DNA of 64,000 nt from assembly GCA_041663025.1 (NCBI GenBank), contig JBAZRE010000001.1, forward strand, positions 71,585 to 135,584. The letters are read 5' to 3'. The notes under the pieces were generated by a model, which saw nothing but the letters and a program-made list of their open reading frames with translations, made no database searches and had not been told where the DNA came from. Of the stretch, positions 20,568 through 30,950 are shown piece by piece. Source of the DNA: Minisyncoccota bacterium. GTDB taxonomy: Bacteria > Patescibacteriota > Minisyncoccia > Phycocordibacterales > Phycocordibacteraceae. Position 1 is the stretch's first letter. Each line of letters starts with the position of its first letter. Made by a program: the position numbers and the translations under genes.

Positions 20568-20608
20568 CTACGCAAGTAGTGTGCACAACCTCTGTGCAAA
20601 ACGTTTGC

Positions 20609-21724
20609 TCAAATCTCGTCAAGCTTGCGCAGCGCAATGCCGACGGCAACGGCAAACTCAGGACCAATCTCTGCAAGCACCGGACGGATGAAGGCCGGTG
20701 CTTCGGTTTTTGCAAAAGGATCTGCGACCTGCACGTCAATTGAAAAAACATTTTTTGCATATGCACCAAGCTCTTTGGTCACACCACCGCCACCAGTAAG
20801 TACAATGGATGTGATTGATTTTTTATGTGACATTTCATATTGCATCAAGACACGGCGTGCTTCAGAAAAGATACGTGAGAAAACGAGCTCAGGAGAGCCA
20901 AGTGTCCCGCCACTCTTAAGACCCTCTTCCTTTTTCAAAGTTTCGGCTTGTGCGATAGAGACGTTATTAGAAATCGAGATAGCGCGAGTGATGTCCTGAC
21001 TCCCAGCATTTATGGCATGAGAGAAGGCGACAACACCACGCTCGACAACATACGTCTTAGTCGAGGCAGCACCAACGTCGAGCACCATGACGGGCTTTAC
21101 TTTCTCACTGACAACGGCGCGGATGGTGCTGAAAATCTCAATCTCATAGAAACTCGCTTCTAGACCTGCACCAGCGATGACACTCTGCAACGCTAATAGT
21201 TCATTGCTATGAACCGCGACGAGAAGTACTTCAATCTTGTCGTTCGGAGTGGTCTTATCTCCGACATTTCCACCGCTCGGCTGCGATGGATTCGCCTTCG
21301 GCACGATGAACCAATCGAGTTGAACCTCACTCACAGGCACTGGGATGTATTTGCGTGCCTCGAGCTCGATGATGGTTTTTTGTTCTGCCGGATCTGCACG
21401 ATATGGGAGCTCAACCAGGGTGAGCAATGAACGTACGAAAGGTATCGAAACACCGCAGCTCTTGGTCGTCACCTTCGCTTCACGCAAGAGATCCTTCAAT
21501 GTCTCGGTAATCTGCTCGGATGAAAGATTTGTCGCTTGCCCCACTTCCCCTCCGCTATAGGGCCCGAGGGCAAGTTCGCCATAAGTCTCGAGTATCGCCT
21601 TGTCGTGCTCTTTGCGTAGCTGCACGACTTTCAAAGATGAGGATCCGAGGTCAACGCCGAGTACACTCTTTTCCTTCGCCTTAAAGAGATTATTTAGGAA
21701 CGACATATGCGAGAATAATACCAT
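20609..21724 (-). CDS. pilM: Actin-like ATPase PilM
   Basis: VLGVDLGSSSLKVVQL ASKHA phosphate-1 motif. The start is placed at MVLFSHMSF (or 18 nt later at MSF); the N-terminal extension of the track ORF was rejected. Confidence 0.8.
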   Translation of the reverse strand: MVLFSHMSFLNNLFKAKEKSVLGVDLGSSSLKVVQLRKEHDKAILETYGELALGPYSGGEVGQATNLSSEQITETLKDLLREAKVTTKSCGVSIPFVRSLLTLVELPYRADPAEQKTIIELEARKYIPVPVSEVQLDWFIVPKANPSQPSGGNVGDKTTPNDKIEVLLVAVHSNELLALQSVIAGAGLEASFYEIEIFSTIRAVVSEKVKPVMVLDVGAASTKTYVVERGVVAFSHAINAGSQDITRAISISNNVSIAQAETLKKEEGLKSGGTLGSPELVFSRIFSEARRVLMQYEMSHKKSITSIVLTGGGGVTKELGAYAKNVFSIDVQVADPFAKTEAPAFIRPVLAEIGPEFAVAVGIALRKLDEI

Positions 21725-22343
21725 GCTACGTTGGCTCGACTTCCTCTTTCCTCCACGTGTGGATGAAAACGCATTGCGTAACATCTCCCCCGATGAGTTT
21801 CTCACATTCGTCGCTCCGCGACTCGCGCCAGTAACCAGACCAGGCACGGTCGTATTACTTCCCTTCTCTAATCAGCTGGTACGGTCTGCTATTCACGAAG
21901 CCAAGTATCGCGGGAGCGAGCGCGCCTTCACCCTCCTCGCGCTTGCGCTCGCTGAATACCTTCGTGACTTTGATGATGAAAATTACGGACTTCGTAAGTC
22001 CGTAATTATCGTACCGGTGCCATTGGGGAAAGAACGGCGAAAAGAGCGTGGGTTTAATCAATCTGAAGAGATCTCCAGACGCGCGATTAAAGAGCTCAAC
22101 ATAACAATCGATACAACACTTCTTGAACGAACGCGCGAAACAACATCGCAAGTCTCACTCGCTCGAGAGAAACGTGAAAAGAACATGCGCGGCGCGTTCA
22201 AAGCAATTCGCCCAGCTGACACAAATAACACCTACGTGCTCATCGACGACGTCACCACCACCGGCGCCACGCTCCAAGCCGCCATTGATGCTCTCAAAGA
22301 AGCTGGCGCCGAGAACATCATCCCGCTCGCCCTTGCTCATTAA
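21723..22343 (+). CDS. comFC: ComF-family phosphoribosyltransferase-like competence protein
   Basis: PRTase motif VLIDDVTTTGATL. The start was set at internal ATG MLRWLDF, since the upstream part overlaps pilM. Confidence 0.75.
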   Translation: MLRWLDFLFPPRVDENALRNISPDEFLTFVAPRLAPVTRPGTVVLLPFSNQLVRSAIHEAKYRGSERAFTLLALALAEYLRDFDDENYGLRKSVIIVPVPLGKERRKERGFNQSEEISRRAIKELNITIDTTLLERTRETTSQVSLAREKREKNMRGAFKAIRPADTNNTYVLIDDVTTTGATLQAAIDALKEAGAENIIPLALAH

Positions 22344-22346
22344 AAC

Positions 22347-22391
22347 AAGGTGACTCCTTACGGAGTAAAGTGTCACCTTGTTTTGTAAGAT
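22347..22391 (+). terminator. Intrinsic terminator after comFC
   Basis: AAAACAAGGTGAC-loop-GTCACCTTGTTTT, a 10 bp stem flanked by an A-run and a T-run. Confidence 0.6.
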
Positions 22392-22394
22392 GCC

Positions 22395-22423
22395 TTGAGA
22401 AAAAACGAATAATAGAGCAATAT
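22395..22423 (+). promoter_or_regulatory. Putative promoter of tRNA-Ser (TTGAGA-N17-CAATAT)
   Basis: Positioned about 10 nt upstream of tRNA position 1. Confidence 0.35.
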
Positions 22424-22432
22424 GAAAGAAAC

Positions 22433-22521
22433 GGAGGGGTCGCATAGAGGCCTAGTGCGGCGGGTTGCTAACTCGCTATACGAGTAATATCGTATCGAGG
22501 GTTCGAATCCCTCCCCCTCCG
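22433..22521 (+). tRNA. tRNA-Ser(GCU), type II with long variable arm
   Basis: Acceptor GGAGGGG/CCCCTCC; anticodon stem GCGGG/CTCGC with loop TTGCTAA; a 6 bp variable-arm stem; T-arm GAGGG-TTCGAAT-CCCTC; discriminator G. Confidence 0.85.
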
Positions 22522-22524
22522 CAA

Positions 22525-22672
22525 TTTTGAAACGCAGTGAGAAACTGCGGATGGGAAAGCAAAGCGGAGCTTTGCGTGAGGGATTCGAAAGCCGGAGCGC
22601 GACGGCGCGAGGCGGGGTCGCGCAAATTTCTAGCAAGAAATTATGCGTGACCGGATCCCTCCCCCTCCGCAG
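22525..22672 (+). repeat. Degenerate duplicate of the tRNA-Ser 3' half (T-arm plus acceptor) interrupted by about 62 nt; includes a 17 nt exact direct repeat of the tRNA 3' end
   Basis: gagggAttcgaa[~62 nt]tccctccccctccgca compared with the tRNA's gagggttcgaatccctccccctccgca. Positions 22655..22671 are identical to 22506..22522. Confidence 0.45.
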
Positions 22673-22716
22673 CAACAAAAATGCCGATGCGAAAGCATCG
22701 GCATTTTTGTTGCTGA
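22673..22716. terminator. Perfect 19 bp palindrome with GAAA loop (bidirectional terminator-like)
   Basis: gcaacaaaaatgccgatgc-gaaa-gcatcggcatttttgttgc. Confidence 0.6.
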
Positions 22717-22727
22717 CAAAATAGGGA

Positions 22728-22961
22728 TTATTGCATCCCCGGAGCAGAATTGCCCATGCAGCAACTTCTCTTGGTGAATATGACCGCAAGTGCTGAGAGG
22801 CCAACAAGTAGGTAGACGAGATTCTCAACCGCCGGCATCGAGCCGAGAATGAGATTCACGACATTCAAGTTGCTGCCTGTGTAGGTACTGAGCGCGACAA
22901 GACCCCAGTTGAGGCCGCCGATAACAACAAGGACAAACGCTGTTTTATGCAGTGCTTTCAT
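22728..22961 (-). CDS. DUF378-family small membrane protein
   Basis: Carries GGLNWGLVAL, characteristic of DUF378, with two TM helices. Confidence 0.6.
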   Translation of the reverse strand: MKALHKTAFVLVVIGGLNWGLVALSTYTGSNLNVVNLILGSMPAVENLVYLLVGLSALAVIFTKRSCCMGNSAPGMQ

Positions 22962-23117
22962 GTGTGGTGAAAGATTGTTAAAGCGGGGGTGATAATCCGC
23001 TTCTTACAGTATGACTCCTTTCAAGCTATTTTGGAGACCGGCTGTGCAAAACCCAGTATCACTTTTGAAGTGGTACTGGGCAAAACGTTATTTGGGTGTC
23101 ACTATACCCAGTACTAC

Positions 23118-23819
23118 ATGCCACTTATCTTCATTACCTTATTTTCGATTGTCGCCGCCAGTGCCCTGTTCCTCATGCGCCCACGGCGATTCTATTTTGT
23201 CCGCCACGGCGAGACAATCTTGAATGCGAAACACATCCGTCAAGGTGAAGAAGGCGGCCTTTCTGAAAGCGGCCGGGACCAAGCAGAGAGAGTTGGCGTT
23301 TATCTTGCCGACTTCCCTATCACACGCATCATCGCGAGTAACTATCCTCGCGCGCAGGAGACTGCAATGATTATTAATAAGCACCTCGATGTGCCAGTTG
23401 TATACTCTGCACTCTTCGGTGAACGTAGGAACCCAAGGGAGATAATTGGAAAGAATAGAGACGAACCAGAGGTCATACGCATTATTGATCAGATGGATCT
23501 TGCATATCATACCGATGATTACCGGTTCTCTGATGAAGAGAACTTTGCAGATCTTAAGAAGCGCGCGAAAAAATGTCTGACTCTTCTCTCACGCCAGGTG
23601 ACACGCAATACTTGTGTCGTTACCCATCACGTTTTCCTCAAAATACTGCTCTCATATATGCTCCACAGCGAACAGTTGCGCGCTGCTGACTTTGCGAAAC
23701 TCGCCTTCTTTAATTATTCGGATAACGCAGGTGTCTCGGTTTGCGACTTTCACCCATGGAATATGTTCTCCCCAACACACGGTTGGGAGATAGTGACCTT
23801 CAACAAAACACCCTCCTAA
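23118..23819 (+). CDS. Histidine phosphatase superfamily protein (phosphoglycerate-mutase-like) with N-terminal TM anchor
   Basis: Catalytic motif FYFVRHGET. The start was placed at MPLIFITLF, and the upstream extension of the track ORF is uncertain. Confidence 0.7.
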   Translation: MPLIFITLFSIVAASALFLMRPRRFYFVRHGETILNAKHIRQGEEGGLSESGRDQAERVGVYLADFPITRIIASNYPRAQETAMIINKHLDVPVVYSALFGERRNPREIIGKNRDEPEVIRIIDQMDLAYHTDDYRFSDEENFADLKKRAKKCLTLLSRQVTRNTCVVTHHVFLKILLSYMLHSEQLRAADFAKLAFFNYSDNAGVSVCDFHPWNMFSPTHGWEIVTFNKTPS

Positions 23820-25761
<1,942 letters not shown>

Positions 25762-25769
25762 ATCGTTCT

Positions 25770-25800
25770 ATATAAATGAATAAAGCGCCCTGTGTTGAAG
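25770..25800 (-). promoter_or_regulatory. Possible groES promoter (TTCAAC-N17/18-TATATA) with a very short leader and no SD; no CIRCE element
   Basis: The -10 lies about 8 nt upstream of the ATG. Confidence 0.3.
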
Positions 25801-25845
25801 GAGTATAAGGATATCCACACCCGTTCGCAACCTCTCCTGCAACGC

Positions 25846-25874
25846 TTGACAAAAATGAGGCAGTATGCTAGACT
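25846..25874 (+). promoter_or_regulatory. Near-consensus sigma70 promoter TTGACA-N17-TAGACT driving the small secreted-protein gene
   Basis: Exact TTGACA at 25846..25851, a 17 nt spacer and TAGACT at 25869..25874. Confidence 0.5.
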
Positions 25875-25937
25875 GGTAGTTGGATGTTGTTTGGCAATAT
25901 ATAGGTATATAACTCAACCAAAAAGAGGAGGTGTGTT

Positions 25938-26225
25938 ATGTCGAAGACAAGATTCTTGGTCATTGGTGCGGTAGTGGTCACCATGTTCGCAGTTCTCGTC
26001 CCTTCCTTGCAAAAGGAAAACAGTCGGAACCTTCATTCATGGGAAATGATGTCTGAGCCAGAGATGGCAAGGATATCAAAACAGGCAACCACCCAAAAGG
26101 CTAAAGGCAAGGCAAAGTGTCTTGCATTGGCAACGGAAGCGACCACCAAAGACTATTACATAGTCGAGGTGCAAAACGTGGCAGGGCATCCTGAAATAGT
26201 TGGGAAGCCAGTGCCGATCAAATGA
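25938..26225 (+). CDS. Hypothetical small secreted/membrane protein (95 aa)
   Basis: A strong SD (AGGAGG) lies 8 nt upstream of the ATG. The product has an N-terminal hydrophobic signal sequence. Confidence 0.5.
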   Translation: MSKTRFLVIGAVVVTMFAVLVPSLQKENSRNLHSWEMMSEPEMARISKQATTQKAKGKAKCLALATEATTKDYYIVEVQNVAGHPEIVGKPVPIK

Positions 26226-26239
26226 TCTTTGTGAGATGC

Positions 26240-26280
26240 CCTGCAACCTAGTTGCGGGGCTCTCTTTTTTGTACACACCT
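26240..26280 (+). terminator. Intrinsic terminator after the small gene
   Basis: A 9 bp stem CCCUGCAAC/GUUGCGGGG followed by CUCUCUUUUUUG. Confidence 0.45.
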
Positions 26281-26320
26281 TGCGCATACTTCCCCACTTA
26301 TGCTATCCTTGCAGGTACAG

Positions 26321-26560
26321 ATGGAGGCATTCGTATCGGCACTGCCGTACGCAGAAATCATCCTCGCAACCCTCCTCATCGTTGGCATCGTGCTCCAGCA
26401 GCGCGGCGCAACCTTGGGTGGAGCTTTTGGCGGCGATAATTTCGCGTCGACCTTTTATAAGCGCAGAGGCGCCGAGAAATTTCTATTCAATGCGACAGTT
26501 GGTATTGCAGTCTTACTCGTGCTCGCAGCGATAGCAAACTTTCTCCTTGTGGGGTCATGA
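26321..26560 (+). CDS. secG: Preprotein translocase subunit SecG-like
   Basis: Two TM helices joined by a Gly-rich loop LGGAFGG. The start is ambiguous (26252, 26300 or 26321). Confidence 0.55.
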   Translation: MEAFVSALPYAEIILATLLIVGIVLQQRGATLGGAFGGDNFASTFYKRRGAEKFLFNATVGIAVLLVLAAIANFLLVGS

Positions 26561-28293
26561 GCGAAGAAACGCGTGAGCAGCTGACACGCCTGCGAAGCAT
26601 GCCGGCTCTTGAACGCTTGCATGAGCGTGTCCGCACATTTTCTTCAGGAGACCGCTTCCTCTTTTATGTACTCGCGACTTTCGTTGGTATCGCTTCTCTT
26701 TCTGGCCTCTACGCACTTGAACAATCACTCCTTATAGAAATACCGGCTTATGGTGGAACTTTGATTGAAGGAGAGGTTGGGAGTCCGAGATTCATAAATC
26801 CTCTCCTTGCCATAAGTGATGCTGATCGCGATCTCTCTACCCTCACCTATGCTGGCCTCATGGGTCTCTCGGGCTCTGGAGATTTCGTGCCAGTGCTCGC
26901 AGAGAGCTACACAATATCGACTGACGGCAAGACCTATACCTTCACTTTGCGTCCCGATGCAAAATTTTCAGACGGCACGCCCGTTACCGCAAATGATGTC
27001 GTTTTGACGGTAGAAAAAGCTCAGGACTCAGCGTTAAAAAGCCCTGAGTATGCGAATTGGTCTGGTGTAGATGTTATTGCTGTCGATCAGCGCACAGTGC
27101 GCTTCACTCTCCCGAAGGCCTATGCTCCATTCCTCGGACTCACTACCCTGGGCATCCTACCGGCTCACCTCTGGCAAAAGATCTCAGATGAACAATTCCC
27201 TTTCTCAGATCTGCAGACAAAACCAGTTGGTGCTGGACCATTCAAGATTGCAAGTATTTCGCGCAATGCATCCGGGCTCATTCAGAATGTGTCGCTTGTC
27301 GCGAATCCGTACTATGTGTCCGGTCGACCATATCTTGATAGTATTCGCTTCAATTTTTATTCGCGCACTGAAGATCTAGCGAATGCACTCGCGAGTGGTG
27401 CCATCGAGAGTGCCTATGACCTGCCTTCTGGAGAAGCAACAGATCGAACATTAACGGCACCGTATGCTCGTGTCTTTGGCGTGTTCTGGAACCCAGGTGA
27501 AAAGCAGGTGTACGCCCGCATTGAAGTACGCAAGGCGCTCTCCCTCGCTATAAACCGACAGACGATTATCGATACGGTTATTGGTGGTTATGCGACTGCA
27601 ATTATGGGACCAGTCCCACCGGGTGGGACGGTAAAACAAGTGCCAGTACCTCAATCAGAGAATTCTATAAAAGTTGCGGCACAGGTGCTCACGGCAGCTG
27701 GCTGGGTCTATGATGGCTCTACTCGAGTGTGGAAGAACGCATCTGCGAAACAAACGCTTGATGCTATCAATATTCGTACCTCAAACGTTCCTGAGCTGAA
27801 GAATGTCGCGAGTGCGGTGAAGGCAGATTGGGAAAAACTCGGTATTCCTGTCAACATCGAGCTTTATGAACCTGGCGATCTCTCGCAAAATGTCATCCGT
27901 CCTCGTAAATATGAGGCATTACTATATGGGATGGTCATCGGTCGCGACCAAGATCTCTACGCGTTCTGGGATTCACAAGAACGCAACGACCCAGGTCTCA
28001 ATATCGCTCTCTACGCGAATAAGACCGTTGATGCACTCCTCGAGGATGCGCGTAGTTCTACAAATCAGAAGGCGCGTATTTCTGATTTACAAAAAATTGA
28101 GGATCTCGTCGCTGCTGATTATCCAGCTGCTTTTATTTATGCACCAAATTTCACCTATGCCGTTCCCAATGGTCTCGAGGGAGTTGTTTTGCCACAGATT
28201 ATCATTCCTGCTGACCGATTTGCGACAGTCGCTTCGTGGTATCGCTCGACCGACGCAGTATGGCCGTTTTTAGTACATAAAAATAATAACTAA
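26557..28293 (+). CDS. ABC transporter substrate-binding protein, family 5 (oligopeptide/dipeptide OppA/DppA-like)
   Basis: 578 aa with an N-terminal TM/signal anchor and the SBP_bac_5 architecture. The ATG overlaps the secG stop. Confidence 0.8.
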   Translation: MSEETREQLTRLRSMPALERLHERVRTFSSGDRFLFYVLATFVGIASLSGLYALEQSLLIEIPAYGGTLIEGEVGSPRFINPLLAISDADRDLSTLTYAGLMGLSGSGDFVPVLAESYTISTDGKTYTFTLRPDAKFSDGTPVTANDVVLTVEKAQDSALKSPEYANWSGVDVIAVDQRTVRFTLPKAYAPFLGLTTLGILPAHLWQKISDEQFPFSDLQTKPVGAGPFKIASISRNASGLIQNVSLVANPYYVSGRPYLDSIRFNFYSRTEDLANALASGAIESAYDLPSGEATDRTLTAPYARVFGVFWNPGEKQVYARIEVRKALSLAINRQTIIDTVIGGYATAIMGPVPPGGTVKQVPVPQSENSIKVAAQVLTAAGWVYDGSTRVWKNASAKQTLDAINIRTSNVPELKNVASAVKADWEKLGIPVNIELYEPGDLSQNVIRPRKYEALLYGMVIGRDQDLYAFWDSQERNDPGLNIALYANKTVDALLEDARSSTNQKARISDLQKIEDLVAADYPAAFIYAPNFTYAVPNGLEGVVLPQIIIPADRFATVASWYRSTDAVWPFLVHKNNN

Positions 28294-28303
28294 CATATCA
28301 ATC

Positions 28304-30262
28304 ATGAACACAGCCCCAGCTCCAGCACCGTCGGCACGACCAAATCCTACACGCACAGATCGACCGTTTCCTGCGCGCCCGCTTCGCCGAAGCTTCAGTG
28401 AGACGAGTCCACGAAGACCGTTTGAGCGCCTGCCTGCCGGTAGGCAGGTTGGTCGCCCGCCCGTTGGTCGCGGAGCACCGCGCCCAGGTAGTGCATCGCG
28501 TCGTATTCAGCGCATACTGCGCCGCCCTTCAGCGAACCCTAGCCGTGTTGTCAAAGATGCGGACTACTTCCCTGAGCCAGTAGGGCCAACTTCGGTTCGC
28601 ATTATTCCGTTTGGTGGCGTTGAAGAAGTTGGTCGCAACATGCTTGCCGTTGAAGTGGGAGCAACTGGAGATATTCTCGTCCTCGATGCAGGATTCCAAT
28701 TTGTGTCTGAAGACGTCTCTCCTGGCGTCGACTACATTCTCCCGAATACGAAATATCTTGAGAAGAATGCCTCGCGTGTTAAGGGGGTCATAATCACTCA
28801 CGGTCACCTCGATCACATTGGCGGTATCCCATTCACCCTGCCGCGCTTTGGCACACCACCGATCTATACACAGAATCTGACATCAATCATGATCCAGAAG
28901 CGGCAAGAAGAATATCCAGACGTACCCAAATCAGAGATGATCATTGTCGAAGTAGGCCAATCGGTGACGATCGGCTCAACGAAGGTTAAATTCTTCCCAG
29001 TTACTCACTCGATTCCTGACTCTATGGGCGTTTCGATAGAAACTCCACAAGGCAATGTGGTCATCACTGGTGACTTGAAGCTCGAGCATGACGACGGTAC
29101 CCCATCAGAGCGCGAGCAGAAGACGTGGGGCGCCATCGGTAAAGACAAAAATATTTTCTTCATCGCTGATTCAACGAACGCCGAAAGGGACGGTTTCTCC
29201 ATCCCAGAGAAGCGTGTCATCCAGACGCTCGAGGATATCGTGAAGACAGTCTCTGGCCGCCTTATCATCGGCACCTTTGCTTCGCAATTCGAGCGCATGA
29301 TTCATATCATGGAGGCCGCGGAGAAATATAATAAGAAAATTGTTCTTGAAGGGCGCTCGATAAAAACTAATCTCGAGATTGCCGAGAAGACTGGACTTCT
29401 TAAGCTCGACAAGGGCACGATAATTCCAGCACAGGATATCGGCAATTATCCGCCTGATAAGATCGTCATTCTCTCGACCGGTGCGCAAGGCGAGGAATTT
29501 GCAGGACTCATGCGCATCGCAACAAAACAACATAAATACATCACGCTATCCGAGCGCGACACTATAGTGCTCTCTTCTTCAGTCATTCCTGGTAATGAAA
29601 TTTCTGTGCAAAAATTGAAGGATAACTTGTACCGTCATAATGTAACGCTTATTCACTATCGATCTTCAGATGTCCATTCAACCGGACATGGTAATGCCGG
29701 TGAGCTTGTGTGGATCAATCAGCAGGTACACCCGAAGTTCTTCATGCCATGCTATGGCTATCACTCGATGCTTCGCTGTCATGCAAAAGCTGTTGAACAA
29801 TCGGGATTCCCCAAAGAGAACATCGTGGTGCCGGACAATGGCTTTGTCATTGATATTGAGGATGGTGAGCGCATGAATGTGCATAAGCAAAAAGTGCCAT
29901 CTGCACAAATGGTAGTTGATGGGTTTAACATCGGTGACATTCAAGAAGTTGTGATTCGCGACCGCCAATCGCTCGCAAAAGATGGCATGTTTGTGATTAT
30001 CGCGAGCGTGAACCTGAAGACCGGCAAATTACGCAAGAGTCCAGACATCATCAGTCGCGGATTTATCTACTTGCGCGAATCACAAAATCTCCTCAACGAG
30101 GCACGTATTCTCATCAAAAAGACCGTTGAGGATTCAACGCGCAACATGAATCCGATTGATCTTGATTATGTGAAAAATAATCTCACCGACACCATCGCTG
30201 GCTACCTATTCAATCGCACCAACAAAGCCCCGATGGTAATTCCGGTGCTCATAGGAATGTAG
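28304..30262 (+). CDS. rnj: Ribonuclease J (MBL + beta-CASP) with a ~95 aa Arg/Pro-rich N-terminal extension
   Basis: Carries VRIIPFGGVEEVGRNM, the HxHxDH motif ITHGHLDHIGG, a beta-CASP domain and a C-terminal domain. Confidence 0.88.
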   Translation: MNTAPAPAPSARPNPTRTDRPFPARPLRRSFSETSPRRPFERLPAGRQVGRPPVGRGAPRPGSASRRIQRILRRPSANPSRVVKDADYFPEPVGPTSVRIIPFGGVEEVGRNMLAVEVGATGDILVLDAGFQFVSEDVSPGVDYILPNTKYLEKNASRVKGVIITHGHLDHIGGIPFTLPRFGTPPIYTQNLTSIMIQKRQEEYPDVPKSEMIIVEVGQSVTIGSTKVKFFPVTHSIPDSMGVSIETPQGNVVITGDLKLEHDDGTPSEREQKTWGAIGKDKNIFFIADSTNAERDGFSIPEKRVIQTLEDIVKTVSGRLIIGTFASQFERMIHIMEAAEKYNKKIVLEGRSIKTNLEIAEKTGLLKLDKGTIIPAQDIGNYPPDKIVILSTGAQGEEFAGLMRIATKQHKYITLSERDTIVLSSSVIPGNEISVQKLKDNLYRHNVTLIHYRSSDVHSTGHGNAGELVWINQQVHPKFFMPCYGYHSMLRCHAKAVEQSGFPKENIVVPDNGFVIDIEDGERMNVHKQKVPSAQMVVDGFNIGDIQEVVIRDRQSLAKDGMFVIIASVNLKTGKLRKSPDIISRGFIYLRESQNLLNEARILIKKTVEDSTRNMNPIDLDYVKNNLTDTIAGYLFNRTNKAPMVIPVLIGM

Positions 30263-30266
30263 GAAG

Positions 30267-30950
30267 CTACTTCGCTTTAGGCCAGCGGAGTGCCGCAGGT
30301 GGCCAGAGTTTGGTGAGTGGGTGCCGGGTGCAGTCATGCGGGCGGGCAGGACAAATGTAGCGACCGTAGAGGACGAGGCCGTTGTTTACATATTTCCAAT
30401 CTTTTTTGGGAATTAGCGCTTCAAGATCTTTTGAGATTTTTTTGAGGTCAGTATTATTTGTGAGATCAAACTTTTTCGCGAAGCGCTTCACGTGCGTATC
30501 AGTCGCGATGCCCTCCCAGGTATCATAGATCTCACCCAGAATCACATGTGCCGTTTTATATCCCACACCCGAGATCGTTACTAGCTCTGCTTCAGTCTGC
30601 GGAACTTTGCCGCCATACTTCCCCACTATCACCTGTGCTGCACTTAGAATCGCTTTGGCTTTATTTCTGAAAAAAGGTATCGAGGAAATTTCTTTTGTAA
30701 AAATCTTCAAATCTGCATTCGCAAAATTTTTTACTGTTTTATATTTTTTAAAAAGCGTTTTAGTGAGTTCATTTACTTTTTTATCCGTGCACTGTGCCGA
30801 GAGTATAACCGCAGCAACAAATTGAAACTGTGTTTGGTATTTGAGTTCACTCTTCGGCTTGGGATATGTTTTCTTCAGATACGCGACTATCTTTTTAGCT
30901 CGTTCCGCGCGGCTTGCCCCGTTAGAAATCTGATTTCTAACGGGGGTCAT
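30267..30950 (-). CDS. nth: HhH-GPD DNA glycosylase (endonuclease III-like)
   Basis: HhH motif LVTISGVGYKTAHVIL plus a catalytic Lys/Asp context. Only two Cys lie in the C-terminal region (CPARPHDC), so the FeS cluster may be incomplete. Confidence 0.7.
   Translation of the reverse strand: MTPVRNQISNGASRAERAKKIVAYLKKTYPKPKSELKYQTQFQFVAAVILSAQCTDKKVNELTKTLFKKYKTVKNFANADLKIFTKEISSIPFFRNKAKAILSAAQVIVGKYGGKVPQTEAELVTISGVGYKTAHVILGEIYDTWEGIATDTHVKRFAKKFDLTNNTDLKKISKDLEALIPKKDWKYVNNGLVLYGRYICPARPHDCTRHPLTKLWPPAALRWPKAK

Noticed and set aside
22373-22828. Minus-strand ORF (151 aa) and plus ORF 22527..22724
   Set aside because: They cover the tRNA-Ser gene, its duplicated 3' half and the palindrome; the translations are junk-like.
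25762-25845. CIRCE (HrcA) element upstream of groES
   Set aside because: No TTAGCACTC-N9-GAGTGCTAA-like inverted repeat is present in the groES upstream region.
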